From Ignavibacteriales bacterium (GTDB taxonomy: Bacteria > Bacteroidota > Ignavibacteria > UBA10030 > UBA6906): a DNA stretch of 64,000 nucleotides. Below are positions 20,541 to 30,738 of this stretch, one piece after another (position 1 is the stretch's first letter; every line of letters starts with the position of its first letter). Location: positions 39,241 to 103,240 of the forward strand of contig JBBIRR010000004.1 of the NCBI GenBank assembly GCA_037441705.1, in the 5' to 3' direction. Both the position numbers and the translations under genes were made by a program. The notes below the pieces were generated by a model. That model searched no databases. It saw only the letters and a list, made by a program, of their open reading frames with translations, and was not told where the DNA came from.

Positions 20541-21452
20541 ATGCGCGACTACATACGGTTATTTTTCCGCTACCTCGGGGGAGAGCGCAATTGCTCGGCT
20601 CATACGCTCGCGTCCTATGAGGATGACCTTGGACAATTCGTCGCATTCCTCTCGCGTACGGATGCCGAAGCCGCCGCCGACGTGCGGAAGATCGATCATC
20701 AGACCATACGCGGCTTTCTCCATCATCTGCTCGAACAGGGCTACTCGCGCCGAAGCATTGCGCGCAAGCTTGCCTGTCTCAAATCGTTCTTCCGGTTTCT
20801 CCGGAGAGGCAACTACATCACGACGAATCCTGCAGCCGCCGTACGTGCACCGAAGCTCGCCAAGGTTCTTCCGACAGTTCTTGCCGAAGACGAGGTTGCG
20901 TTGCTCATGGAGCAGCCCGATCGCTCCACGCCCGAAGGGCTGCGTGACCGTGCCTTGCTCGAGGTTCTCTACGGGACGGGTATACGGCTGGGCGAGCTGA
21001 TCGCGCTGAATTGGAACGACATCAATACGGCGGACGCTACGCTGAAAGTGCACGGCAAGGGGAACAAACAGCGGATTGTTCCGTACGGAAGGAAGGCGAA
21101 GGAGGCCCTGCACGCGTATGCCCGCGTGCGTGCGGCAGTGATCCAACCCGGCTTCAACGATGAAACCGCAGGGGAGGCGGTCTTCATTACCAAACGTGGA
21201 AAGCGTCTCTCTCCCAAAGGGGTGAATGTTCTCATCAACCGCTACATCGGCCGCGTGTCGGAGATCAGCAAGAAAAGCCCGCACGTGTTGCGGCACAGCT
21301 TTGCGACTCACCTGCTCAATCGCGGCGCAGACCTGAAGGCCGTGCAGCAGCTTCTGGGTCACGAACGTCTATCAACCACGCAAATCTACACACACGTCAG
21401 CGTCGAGCGTCTCAAGAAGGTGTATGCTCAAGCGCATCCCAAAGCGTCATAA
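20541..21452 (+). CDS. xerC: Tyrosine recombinase XerC
   Basis: Complete R-K-HxxR-H-Y set: LYGTGIR, GKGNK, HVLRH, LLGH, TTQIY. Confidence 0.85.
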   Translation: MRDYIRLFFRYLGGERNCSAHTLASYEDDLGQFVAFLSRTDAEAAADVRKIDHQTIRGFLHHLLEQGYSRRSIARKLACLKSFFRFLRRGNYITTNPAAAVRAPKLAKVLPTVLAEDEVALLMEQPDRSTPEGLRDRALLEVLYGTGIRLGELIALNWNDINTADATLKVHGKGNKQRIVPYGRKAKEALHAYARVRAAVIQPGFNDETAGEAVFITKRGKRLSPKGVNVLINRYIGRVSEISKKSPHVLRHSFATHLLNRGADLKAVQQLLGHERLSTTQIYTHVSVERLKKVYAQAHPKAS

Positions 21453-21487
21453 TCGATCACCATCAACGTAGGGAAAGGAGAACACCC

Positions 21488-21820
21488 ATGGATATCAATT
21501 TCACTGCACGACGGTTTCGAGCACATCCGGAAATCAAGAGCTACGCCCTTGCTGAAGTCAAAAAGTTAGAACGGCTGTATAACGGGATAGTCAAAGCAGA
21601 CATCATCCTGTTTTATGAGCGCGGAACCAACAGCGTGAAGACGGCTGAAGTAAACCTCCACGTCTACGGTGTTATTCTTACGGCGCGGCAGCGATCGGAT
21701 GATTACGTGAAAGCAATTGATGGCGCAATGGAAAAGTTAGAGGCGCAATTGAAGAAATACAAGTCGAAGTTACGAGAAAAGGACAAGACGAAGGTGCGCC
21801 GCATTCAAGAAAAGGTTTAG
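21488..21820 (+). CDS. hpf: Ribosome hibernation factor HPF/RaiA
   Basis: MDINFTAR...AIDGAMEKLEAQLKKYK; RBS AAAGGAG. Confidence 0.88.
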   Translation: MDINFTARRFRAHPEIKSYALAEVKKLERLYNGIVKADIILFYERGTNSVKTAEVNLHVYGVILTARQRSDDYVKAIDGAMEKLEAQLKKYKSKLREKDKTKVRRIQEKV

Positions 21821-21839
21821 CGGCGCGAAGGAGAAATCT

Positions 21840-22850
21840 GTGAAAATCGACAAGAACCGGGAGACGCGGAAAAAGTTCATCACCGTGCGGCAGTTCTTTG
21901 AAGCCAACCACGAGCGCTTCAAGTTGCACGCGCTCAACGGCGAAAGCGGCTTCGACAACCACATCAAGGACAAAAACCTTCACCGGCCGGGGCTTGCCCT
22001 GGCCGGGTATGTTGATCTCTTTACCTATGATCGAGTTCAGATCATCGGCAACACGGAGGTCAACTATCTCAACTCATTGTCGCCCGAGCAGCGCTTGCGG
22101 GCATTCGCCTCGCTGCTCGAGTTCAAGATACCGTGCATCATTCTTACGAACGACAACAAACTCGAGCAGCGATTGCTGGATGCAGCGGCCGCCAAAGGCA
22201 TCCCGATTTTCGGGACACCGTTTGAAACCACCAAGATCGCGTACTTTGTTGCCGATTTTCTCGACGACCAGTTCGCTCCGCAGATCGTGCTGCACGGTTC
22301 GTTTGTGGACGTCTATGGCGTCGGGGTGCTCTTGATGGGCCGCTCGGGGATAGGTAAGAGTGAGATTGCCCTTGATTTGGTGGAGCGGGGTCACCGCCTT
22401 GTTGCGGACGATGTTGTGAATGTGACGAGGAAAGGCGAGGGGATCCTCATGGGTTCGGGCACGGAACTTGTCAAACATTTCATGGAGATTCGTGGCCTCG
22501 GCCTCATCGACGTGCGAAGCATGTTCGGCATTCGCGCCATTCGCTTTCAAAAGCGCGTGGAGGTCGTCGTCGAGTTGGAAGAGTGGAAACCCAACGAGGA
22601 TTACACGCGGACGGGTCTGGATGATAAACCTGTGAGCATTCTGGACGTGGAACTCCCGCACGTCCGGCTGCCGATTTTCCCCGGCAAGAACGTCACGGTA
22701 ATCACGGAGGTTATCGCACTCAACTACCTTCTGAAACACTACGGGTACGATGCCGCGAAAGAGTTTGCGAAACGTCTCGAGGGGCAGATTGAAGCAAAGC
22801 GGCGCAAAGGGGACAGGGCGATCAACTACTTTGAACACGATTTCGAGTAG
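21840..22850 (+). CDS. hprK: HPr(Ser) kinase/phosphatase
   Basis: RPGLALAGY, GRSGIGKSE, HRLVADD, MEIRGLGLID. Confidence 0.95.
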   Translation: MKIDKNRETRKKFITVRQFFEANHERFKLHALNGESGFDNHIKDKNLHRPGLALAGYVDLFTYDRVQIIGNTEVNYLNSLSPEQRLRAFASLLEFKIPCIILTNDNKLEQRLLDAAAAKGIPIFGTPFETTKIAYFVADFLDDQFAPQIVLHGSFVDVYGVGVLLMGRSGIGKSEIALDLVERGHRLVADDVVNVTRKGEGILMGSGTELVKHFMEIRGLGLIDVRSMFGIRAIRFQKRVEVVVELEEWKPNEDYTRTGLDDKPVSILDVELPHVRLPIFPGKNVTVITEVIALNYLLKHYGYDAAKEFAKRLEGQIEAKRRKGDRAINYFEHDFE

Positions 22851-22925
22851 CGCCTCTACGGGGAACTGCGTAGGGTTTGTCCGATGGCCGGCTTGGTTAA
22901 AAAACTGTAATGCCGGAGAAACTTC

Positions 22926-22954
22926 TTGACAAACGGAGTGAGATTATTTATCAT
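22926..22954 (+). promoter_or_regulatory. Near-consensus sigma70 promoter
   Basis: TTGACA-N17-TATCAT. Confidence 0.7.
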
Positions 22955-23076
22955 TGGTGTGCCCTTTTAGCATCATCCGTCCCGCGTGAGGCTGTTCAGT
23001 TCTCGTTATTGAACCCAAACTCTACTTCAAGAACCAAACAGTAGTTAATTCAGGGGAGACTTGCGAGTCCAGTGTT

Positions 23077-24048
23077 GTGTCACCAGGTGAGGTGAGAGTG
23101 CGAAAAAGACTACGATTCTTCTACTTCTCAGATAAGACCCTGGGCTTCCACGAAGTACGCTACTTCGTCGCGAAGACCGTGGGTTCGGCTCTGGTGTTGA
23201 GCATTGGGATGCTCGGCGCTCTCTTCCTTCTGAACTACGCGCTGGGAGATCCGCTGGGCATGACGAGGTCCTCCGAGCTTGTTGCCGAGAACACCTATCT
23301 CAAAGATCAGATCCGTGAACTGAGTAAGAAGGTTCTGGAGATTCGCAAGAACATCGACGAACTGGCGGAACGGAACAACCAGCTCCGTTTGATGGTGGAT
23401 TTAGGTAAGATTGACGCAGATACCCGGCAGGCGGCCGTCGGCGGTTCTCTGAGCTCCGCGTCGTTTCCGTTTCTGACGCCGGAGGCTGGCGCGCTCCTTG
23501 CCAACTCCAGCGAGTTGCTTTCACAGCTCGAGCGCGAAGTCGAACTGCAAAAAAAGAGCTACGAAGAAATCACGAAGCGGTATGAATACAACAAGACCTT
23601 CTTCATGCACCTTCCTGCAATCAAGCCGTGCGCGGGAGAGTACTCGATTAGAGGTTACGGGATGAGGATTCATCCGGTCCTCGGCGTGTGGCGCATGCAC
23701 GAAGGACTTGATATCATTACCGATGTGGGGACGCCCGTGTATGCGACGGGAGACGGCACCGTGACGTTTGCCGGACGGACCGCCAGCGGCTACGGCGCCG
23801 TGGTGGAGATTAACCATGGCTACGGGTACACGACGCTGTATGCCCACCTGTCGCAGGTGCGTGTCCGCTCGGGTCAGAAGGTCAAACGGGGGGAACTTAT
23901 TGCGCGCTCGGGTCGTTCAGGCTTGGTGAGTGGGCCGCACCTGCATTACGAGGTCCGGCTCAACGGCAGGAAGCTCAACCCCGTGGATCATTTCTTCGAT
24001 GATATCGACGCCGCGAGATATCGTGCCCAGCTCGCGAGCTCACAGTAA
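23077..24048 (+). CDS. M23 family metallopeptidase
   Basis: N-terminal TM + coiled coil; HEGLD, YAHL, GPHLHYEV; start may instead be GTG 23098. Confidence 0.92.
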   Translation: MSPGEVRVRKRLRFFYFSDKTLGFHEVRYFVAKTVGSALVLSIGMLGALFLLNYALGDPLGMTRSSELVAENTYLKDQIRELSKKVLEIRKNIDELAERNNQLRLMVDLGKIDADTRQAAVGGSLSSASFPFLTPEAGALLANSSELLSQLEREVELQKKSYEEITKRYEYNKTFFMHLPAIKPCAGEYSIRGYGMRIHPVLGVWRMHEGLDIITDVGTPVYATGDGTVTFAGRTASGYGAVVEINHGYGYTTLYAHLSQVRVRSGQKVKRGELIARSGRSGLVSGPHLHYEVRLNGRKLNPVDHFFDDIDAARYRAQLASSQ

Positions 24049-24106
24049 GAAAAAAGGGCATCAACGCAATTTGTCGTAACACGCTGAGAAAGGAAGTGAT
24101 ACTACC

Positions 24107-24331
24107 GTGATCTGGACGATGGAACTCGCTTCATATCTGGATGACGCTCCATGGCCCGCCACAAAAGAAGAACTGATTGACTACGCAACACGGACCGGAG
24201 CGCCAACCGAGGTGATCGAGAATCTTCAGGAGCTGGAGGATAGCGACGAGCCATACGAAAGTATGGAAGAAATCTGGCCCGACTATCCGACAGACGAAGA
24301 TTTCTTCTTCGAGGACGAGGGAGAATACTAA
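24107..24331 (+). CDS. DUF2795 family protein
   Basis: WTMELASYLDDAPWPATKEELIDYA...EEIWPDYP. Confidence 0.88.
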   Translation: MIWTMELASYLDDAPWPATKEELIDYATRTGAPTEVIENLQELEDSDEPYESMEEIWPDYPTDEDFFFEDEGEY

Positions 24332-24381
24332 GATCGCCGGCCTCGTTCGCTTCCTTTGATCTACCAGGATGGAATCGTATG

Positions 24382-24411
24382 CCCATTCCGATGAGTCGGG
24401 ATGGGTTTTTT
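24382..24411 (+). terminator. Intrinsic terminator
   Basis: CCCATTCCGA-tgag-TCGGGATGGG followed by TTTTTT. Confidence 0.8.
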
Positions 24412-24430
24412 GTTATAGAATCCGAGCTTC

Positions 24431-26551
24431 ATGTTCCTCGTCCGTGCTCGACATAGGTTTGCGTCGGTCAACGGTGTGTGCCTGCTCGTGTTGATGTTCG
24501 CGGCGGCGGGCCGCAGCGTCGCAGCCAAATCCCCGCAGGGTGAACTTCCGCAGTTCGAGATTCGCGCAATCCGCTTTGAAGGGAACGAAACCTTCAGCAG
24601 CAGCGAACTGCTGCAGGTCATGCAAACGCGGGAAACGCCGGGCTTCTTTGACAAGTTCCTTCATACCACCATCAGCGAACGTCTCGGCCGGAAGAGTGAA
24701 TACTTCAATCCCGCGTTGCTTGGTGACGACCTGGCAAGGATTCGTCTGTTCTATCGAGAGCATGGCTTTCAGGATGCAACCATTGATAGCTCTCTGGCGT
24801 TTTCGTATCGGGATACGTCCGTCGAAGTCACCATTACAATTCAGGAAGGGTATCGCTCGCTGATTGACACGCTGGTGTATAAGGGGATTGTGAACGCGCC
24901 GACGGTTGTGTATGAGGAAATCGCATCCGATCCGCGCATTGTGCAGGGAGATCCGTTTAGCAAGACGTTGCTAGAAGAAGAGGTGAACCGCGTGCTGCGG
25001 ATTGTCCACAACGACGGCTACGCCCGTGCGGCCTTTGCTCGGGATAGTTCGTCGATGACGTACTACACCAGCACGCGCAACTATTCCGTCGTACTCGCCT
25101 TTGCGCTCGGCAAGCGCTACCGCTTTCGCACCATCACGGTTCAGCAGGAACAAGACCCGCGACGCGAGGACATTGATGATGAGGATGTGCTGCATCAGCT
25201 CGATATCAAGCCGGGAGACGTCTATAACCTCGAGAACATCAAGTTCAGCGAGAGAAACTTGAACCGCGTCGGCATCTTCGACCGTGCGTGGATAGAGACA
25301 TACCTCAGTCCCTACGACCATCCCGAGTCAACCGCCGTTGACGGCGTGGTGAAGATTCGCCCGCGCGACCGACACGAGCTTGCGCCCGAGCTTTCGATGA
25401 GCGATGAGAACGGCAACTTCAACCTTGGCGTCGGTCTCGGGTATGCGAGCAGAAACTTTCTGGGCGGGCTGCGCACGGCAACGACGCGTGTACGCTTCCG
25501 CACGGCAACGCTCGGTGAGTTTCCTGATTTTTTCAAACTCGAAACGGACGCCATCGCAAATCTGGACGCGACGTTCGAGTTGCTGCAACCGTACTTCTTC
25601 TCCAACAAGGTCAAAGGCACGTGGTCGCTCTCGTACATCCGTGACAAACAGAAGCTGTATCTCTCTTCCATTTTCCAGAACAAGTTCGCGTTCGGGTTTC
25701 GCTTTGCGGAATTCACCACCGGCTTCCTGGATTGGACGATGCAGTATGTGCAGCTGAGCAGGCGCCCGAATATCCGACCCGATTCCACGGACATCGATAT
25801 TCTCCGGCAGCTGCGTGACCTTGCGGCACAGAAAGAGCAGTTCAACTCAATTCTCTCGTTCACCATCCAGCGTGATAAGACAAACGACATCTTTTCGCCT
25901 TCACGCGGATTCATTCATGCCTGGACCATCGAGGAGTCGGGCCTGCTGCCGCTGTTGTTGAGCAACTGGGGCTGGGTCAAGAAGCCGTTCACGCAGTTCT
26001 ATCGAACAAACCTTGTGGGGCGCTGGTACTTCGACCTCTCGGGGGAGAAGCGGTTTTCGATTTTCGCGCTGAAGTTGAGAGCGGGCTTCGAGGAAAAGTA
26101 CGGACAGAGCCGCAGCGACACTACGCGGGCAATTCCCCAGACGCATCGTTTCTATGCAGGCGGCGGCAGCAGCGTTCGCGGATGGCGCTATCGTGAGTTG
26201 AGCGCCAGCGGCGATCCGCAGCTCGGCGGCAATGTCCTGTTGGAGGGAGCCATGGAACTTCGCACGAACATCCTCCAGGCACTCAGGGATGATTTCTGGG
26301 ATCGCCTCTGGACGGTGCTCTTCATTGACTTCGGAAACGTGTGGGCCGAAGCGAACGATCTGCGACTGCGCGGTGTCGCCGTCGCTGCCGGGTTCGGCTT
26401 GCGGTATGACACGTTCTTCGGGCCGTTTCGCATTGATTACGGCATTCAGGTGCACGATCCGCGAACCAACACCTGGATCACGAAGCGGCGATTCTGGGGT
26501 GACGTGCTGAGAACCGGCGTGATTCATTTTGGGATCGGGCATGCCTTTTAG
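24431..26551 (+). CDS. Omp85 family (BamA/TamA-like) outer-membrane protein
   Basis: POTRA-like IRFEGN; FYAGGGSSVRGW; C-terminal IGHAF. Confidence 0.88.
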   Translation: MFLVRARHRFASVNGVCLLVLMFAAAGRSVAAKSPQGELPQFEIRAIRFEGNETFSSSELLQVMQTRETPGFFDKFLHTTISERLGRKSEYFNPALLGDDLARIRLFYREHGFQDATIDSSLAFSYRDTSVEVTITIQEGYRSLIDTLVYKGIVNAPTVVYEEIASDPRIVQGDPFSKTLLEEEVNRVLRIVHNDGYARAAFARDSSSMTYYTSTRNYSVVLAFALGKRYRFRTITVQQEQDPRREDIDDEDVLHQLDIKPGDVYNLENIKFSERNLNRVGIFDRAWIETYLSPYDHPESTAVDGVVKIRPRDRHELAPELSMSDENGNFNLGVGLGYASRNFLGGLRTATTRVRFRTATLGEFPDFFKLETDAIANLDATFELLQPYFFSNKVKGTWSLSYIRDKQKLYLSSIFQNKFAFGFRFAEFTTGFLDWTMQYVQLSRRPNIRPDSTDIDILRQLRDLAAQKEQFNSILSFTIQRDKTNDIFSPSRGFIHAWTIEESGLLPLLLSNWGWVKKPFTQFYRTNLVGRWYFDLSGEKRFSIFALKLRAGFEEKYGQSRSDTTRAIPQTHRFYAGGGSSVRGWRYRELSASGDPQLGGNVLLEGAMELRTNILQALRDDFWDRLWTVLFIDFGNVWAEANDLRLRGVAVAAGFGLRYDTFFGPFRIDYGIQVHDPRTNTWITKRRFWGDVLRTGVIHFGIGHAF

Positions 26552-26559
26552 GACCGCTC

Positions 26560-27696
26560 ATGTGGCATAGGGTGATAGGTCAACAACGCGTGAAGCATGC
26601 ACTCCTGGCGGCGATGCGTTCGCAGCGCTTGCCGCACGCGTACCTGTTTGTCGGGAACGAAGGTGTGGGCAAGGATGCGATGGCGCTGGAGCTTGCTCGA
26701 GTTCTTCACTGCGAACGCAAAACGGAGGAAGCGTGCGATGCGTGTGCGTCATGCCTCAAAATGAAAACGCTCCAGCATCCCGAGGTTCGCTTCATTACCG
26801 CGTTGCCCGTGGGTAAAGCGGAGACCGCCGAAGACTCGCCCGTGGAAAAGCTTGCACCTGCGGATGTGGAGGTCATCCAGCAGCAATTGCGACTCAAAGG
26901 AGAAAATCCCTACCATCGCATCAGCATTCCGCGGGCAGGCGTTATCAAGATCAACAGCATTCGGGAAGTGCGCCGTCAGGCGGTGATGAGTCATGCGATA
27001 GATGGACGGAAGATCTTCATCATCTCGAATGCCGAGGACATGAGTCCGGAGGCCGCCAACACGATCCTGAAGACGCTGGAAGAACCGGCGCTCGATACGA
27101 TGCTCATCCTGACCACATCGCGCCCGGATGCGCTGCTGAGTACCATCGTGTCCCGATGTCAGGTCGTTCGGTTCGATCCACTGACGGAGACGGACATCCG
27201 CACGGCACTGATGGAGCGCGAAAATGTACCGGAAGACACAGCGGCCCTCGTGGCACGTCTGGCCGGGGGCAGTTATGTGCAGGCGCTCGAGCTGTTAGAG
27301 ACCGATCTGGCTGCAGTGCGGCAGGACGTGGTGTCTTTCATCCGTACGGTGCTTGCCAACAATCGTGTGAACCTTGTTGCCCACATCGAAAAGCTTTCGG
27401 CCGAGAAGGATCGGGATTTTGTTGTGCGCTACTTGCGGCTCATGGCCATCTGGTTCCGCGACGCGTTTGTGCTGGTCAACGGCGGACGCATCATCAACCT
27501 CGATCAGCAAGATGACCTGCAGAAGTTCACGGCGCGGTTTCCCCGCGCGAACCTCCGCGACGTTCTTGCCTCTCTCGATCACGCTATTTCTCTTGTGTAC
27601 AAAAATGGGTACATTCAACTTGTGCTGCTTCAGCTTGCGATAAAGCTTCGGCGCGCCATCCTGGAAACAGCTTCGTACGAGCACACGATTCGATGA
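26560..27696 (+). CDS. holB: DNA polymerase III subunit delta'
   Basis: HAYLFVGNEGVGK, CDACASC, ANTILKTLEEP, TIVSRCQ. Confidence 0.9.
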   Translation: MWHRVIGQQRVKHALLAAMRSQRLPHAYLFVGNEGVGKDAMALELARVLHCERKTEEACDACASCLKMKTLQHPEVRFITALPVGKAETAEDSPVEKLAPADVEVIQQQLRLKGENPYHRISIPRAGVIKINSIREVRRQAVMSHAIDGRKIFIISNAEDMSPEAANTILKTLEEPALDTMLILTTSRPDALLSTIVSRCQVVRFDPLTETDIRTALMERENVPEDTAALVARLAGGSYVQALELLETDLAAVRQDVVSFIRTVLANNRVNLVAHIEKLSAEKDRDFVVRYLRLMAIWFRDAFVLVNGGRIINLDQQDDLQKFTARFPRANLRDVLASLDHAISLVYKNGYIQLVLLQLAIKLRRAILETASYEHTIR

Positions 27697-29762
27697 ATGA
27701 GCGTATTCTGGTTACCGCGGCGCTTCCGTATGCGAACGGCGCGATCCATCTGGGTCATCTTGCCGGGGCATATCTGCCCGCCGATATCTACGTCCGATTT
27801 CAGCGCTTGAAAGGGCGTGACGTCGTGTTCATCTGCGGTTCGGATGAACACGGCGTGCCCATCACCATTACAGCCGAAAAAGAGAAGACAACCCCGCAGG
27901 CGATCGTCGACCGCTATCACGCGATGAACAAAGCTGCCTTCGAACGCTTCGGCATGAGTTTCGACAATTATTCGCGGACATCGCTTCCTCTGCATCATCA
28001 AACGGCGTTGGAATTTTTCCTCGACTTTCATCGGCGGGGGATATTGAAAGAGAAAAAGGAGCAGCAGTTCTTCGACCCGAAGGCGAACATGTTCCTGCCC
28101 GACCGATACGTGGAAGGAACGTGCCCGGTGTGCGGAAGCGATGAAGCACGCGGCGACCAGTGCGAGAAGTGCGGATCGTTTCTGAATCCCACCCAACTCA
28201 TCAATCCGCGCAGCAAAATCTCCGGCGAGCCGCCGGTCTTGCGTGAGACCAACCATCTGTACTTTCCCCTGGGAGCATTCCAACGCAGACTGGAAGCGTA
28301 CATCGCCGAGCGCAACGCGCGAGATGGATGGAAGGATAATGTGCTCAAGTACTGTCAGTCGTGGTTCAAAGAAGGACTGGAGGATCGTGCCGTCACGCGC
28401 GACCTCGATTGGGGCGTCAAGATTCCGCTTCCCGGCTATGAGAGCAAAGTCCTCTACGTGTGGTTCGATGCCGTGTTAGGGTATATTTCGTCGACAAAGG
28501 AATGGGCGCAGCGTCGAGGCGCGCCCGAGCGATGGAAAGACTATTGGTTGGATGAGAAAACGAAATACGTCGCCTTCATTGGCAAGGACAATGTAGTGTT
28601 CCACTGCATTGTCTTTCCGGCCATGCTGATGGCGTGGAACGACTCGCACCAGGAGAAATACGTGCTGCCCGAGAATGTTCCCGCCAATGAGTTTCTGAAC
28701 TTCGAGGGACAGAAGTTCTCCAAGAGTCGCGGCATCGGGATTGACGTGCAGGAGTTTCTCGACCGCTTCCCCGCCGATCCGCTGCGGTACTACTTGACTT
28801 CATCGCTGCCGGAATACCGCGACTCCGACTTCTACTGGCGCGATTTTCAGGCGAAGAACAACAACGAGCTGGCGGACATCCTCGGGAACTTTGTCAACCG
28901 AACGCTGGCGTTCGCGGGACGAACCTTCGGCGGCGTTGTGCCCGAGCGCGGTCCGCTCACGCAGCGTGATAACGAGATGATCGCCGCGCTGAAGAACACG
29001 CCCGACGCGGCGGCGGTTCATTTTGAACATTATCGCTTCCGCGACGGACAGCTCGAAATCATGAATCTGGCCCGAGCCGCCAACAAGTACTTCAACGACA
29101 GCGAACCGTGGAAGACGGCGAAGTCCGACGAGCAGCAATGCGCTACAACCATCAACTTGAGCATTCAGGTTGCCCGCGCGCTGGCGATTCTGATGTCGCC
29201 GATCATTCCCGATGCGTGCGAACGCATCTGGACGATGCTGGGGCTTGAAGGCAGCGCTGCCACCCAGCGGTGGGATAGTGCGGCTGAGCTGACGATTCCC
29301 TCAGGACACAAGCTCGGCGCCCCCAAGATTCTGTTCACCAAAATCGAGGATTATGTGATCGAACAAGCTATCAAAGACACCACCGGGCCGGGCGCTTCCG
29401 GCGGAGGGCAGCCGTCCGCGTCGGCGCAAGAGAAGCCGCTCATTTCCATTGATGACTTCAAAAAGATTGACCTGCGCGTGGCGAAGATTCTCGCGTGCGA
29501 AAAGGTGCCGAAATCGGAAAAACTTCTCAAGCTGCAGGTTGATGTTGGAGGAGAAAAGAGACAAATCGTAGCAGGCATCGCAAAGCATTATGCGCCCGAG
29601 GAGTTGGTGGGAAAGAATGTCGTCGTGGTCTGCAACCTAGAGCCCGCCACGCTGATGGGACACGAGTCACGCGGCATGGTGCTTGCCGCTACGGATAGCG
29701 ATGGGAAGCTGCTGCTTGTTGCCCCGACCGGAGAGATCAGCAGCGGGAGTGTCGTTCGGTAG
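27693..29762 (+). CDS. metG: Methionine--tRNA ligase
   Basis: LPYANGAIHLGH, CPVC...CEKC knuckle, KFSKS, C-terminal tRNA-binding domain. Confidence 0.97.
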   Translation: MNERILVTAALPYANGAIHLGHLAGAYLPADIYVRFQRLKGRDVVFICGSDEHGVPITITAEKEKTTPQAIVDRYHAMNKAAFERFGMSFDNYSRTSLPLHHQTALEFFLDFHRRGILKEKKEQQFFDPKANMFLPDRYVEGTCPVCGSDEARGDQCEKCGSFLNPTQLINPRSKISGEPPVLRETNHLYFPLGAFQRRLEAYIAERNARDGWKDNVLKYCQSWFKEGLEDRAVTRDLDWGVKIPLPGYESKVLYVWFDAVLGYISSTKEWAQRRGAPERWKDYWLDEKTKYVAFIGKDNVVFHCIVFPAMLMAWNDSHQEKYVLPENVPANEFLNFEGQKFSKSRGIGIDVQEFLDRFPADPLRYYLTSSLPEYRDSDFYWRDFQAKNNNELADILGNFVNRTLAFAGRTFGGVVPERGPLTQRDNEMIAALKNTPDAAAVHFEHYRFRDGQLEIMNLARAANKYFNDSEPWKTAKSDEQQCATTINLSIQVARALAILMSPIIPDACERIWTMLGLEGSAATQRWDSAAELTIPSGHKLGAPKILFTKIEDYVIEQAIKDTTGPGASGGGQPSASAQEKPLISIDDFKKIDLRVAKILACEKVPKSEKLLKLQVDVGGEKRQIVAGIAKHYAPEELVGKNVVVVCNLEPATLMGHESRGMVLAATDSDGKLLLVAPTGEISSGSVVR

Positions 29763-29784
29763 AGGCGCTCCGCGTCGTGGGTGT

Positions 29785-30012
29785 TCAGGCTGACGTGTAA
29801 GCGATGAGAATGGGCAGAAGGATGTACGCAGCGATCATTCCTCCGACAATCAAGCCCACCATCGAGCCTGCCGACCAGAGGAACATCTTGAAATCGCCAT
29901 CGCGTTCGCCGGAGACCTTCAATGCTTTGCGAAAACAGAACACGGCAAAGGCGAATGCGCCGAGCGAAAGTGGAGTGAAGATCAGTGTGAGGGCAAGGTC
30001 AAGTTTTCCCAT
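29785..30012 (-). CDS. Small two-TM hypothetical membrane protein (75 aa)
   Basis: MGKLDLALTLIFTPLSLGAFAFAVFCF...MVGLIVGGMIAAYILLPILIAY fills the gap between metG and the hemerythrin gene. Confidence 0.6.
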   Translation of the reverse strand: MGKLDLALTLIFTPLSLGAFAFAVFCFRKALKVSGERDGDFKMFLWSAGSMVGLIVGGMIAAYILLPILIAYTSA

Positions 30013-30074
30013 GGGGGCACGCCTTTCTGCTGATGGAATATATCGAAAAGAAGATTCACCTGTACACGATAACA

Positions 30075-30548
30075 ATGGCGAAGCGGCATCACAGTCTCGT
30101 CCTCCTCTCGCAGGATCATCATCACGGTCTCGCGCTTGCATTGCGACTGCGTCAAGGAAACGAGGCGCTGCTTCATGACGGCTGGACGCATGATCGCGTT
30201 GAACAGGCGCGTCGTGTGCAAGAGTTCTATGAGAGGGAGTTGCGATCACATTTTACGGCGGAAGAAGAAGCGGTGTTTCCCATCCTCAAGGAACACAGTC
30301 CGCGTTCCGGCCCGCTGATCACGACGCTGATTCAGCAGCATCGAGAACTGGAGCGACTCGTCGGCGCGATTGCCCGGGCGAAGCCGAACGACCTGGACGG
30401 GTTGCTGGTGGCGTTGGGCGAGTTGTTGGAACAACACATTCGCCTCGAGGAGCGTGAGTTGTTCGAGCTGTATCAGAGTGACCTTGCGCCGCACGTGATG
30501 GAGGAAGTCGGCAAAGCCGTACGCCGCCTCGTTGCATCTCGACTCTGA
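30075..30548 (+). CDS. Hemerythrin/HHE domain protein
   Basis: KRHHSLVLLSQDHHHGL, HFTAEEEAVFP, QH, HIRLEERELF. Confidence 0.88.
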   Translation: MAKRHHSLVLLSQDHHHGLALALRLRQGNEALLHDGWTHDRVEQARRVQEFYERELRSHFTAEEEAVFPILKEHSPRSGPLITTLIQQHRELERLVGAIARAKPNDLDGLLVALGELLEQHIRLEERELFELYQSDLAPHVMEEVGKAVRRLVASRL

Positions 30549-30560
30549 TCTTTCTATATT
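30532..30560 (+). promoter_or_regulatory. sigma70-type promoter of tRNA-Ala
   Basis: TTGCAT-N17-TATATT, 14 nt upstream of the tRNA. Confidence 0.55.
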
Positions 30561-30574
30561 GGCAATGCCTTGTT

Positions 30575-30647
30575 GGGGCTGTAGCTCAGCTGGGAGAGCG
30601 CGTGAATGGCATTCACGAGGTCAGGGGTTCGATCCCCCTCAGCTCCA
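30575..30647 (+). tRNA. tRNA-Ala(GGC)
   Basis: GGGGCTGTAGCTCAGCTGGGAGAGCG; anticodon arm CGTGA-ATGGCAT-TCACG; GGTTCGATCC; CCA not encoded. Confidence 0.97.
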
Positions 30648-30653
30648 CATCAG

Positions 30654-30679
30654 AAAGGGAAGAGAATCTTCCCTTTTTC
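30654..30679 (+). terminator. Terminator after tRNA-Ala
   Basis: AAAGGGAAGA-gaa-TCTTCCCTTT followed by TT. Confidence 0.6.
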
Positions 30680-30738
30680 ATTTGCCTGAACTCTCGTTTG
30701 AGAGCGATGGAAAGTTTCGTGTACGAGGGAGGCGAGGA

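Noticed and set aside
20541-21452. Prophage or island integrase
   Set aside because: Housekeeping topA-xerC-hpf-hprK context with no phage genes or att repeats seen
30575-30647. tRNA-Ala (and tRNA-Arg at 46908) as island integration sites
   Set aside because: I found no duplicated tRNA 3' end and no adjacent integrase
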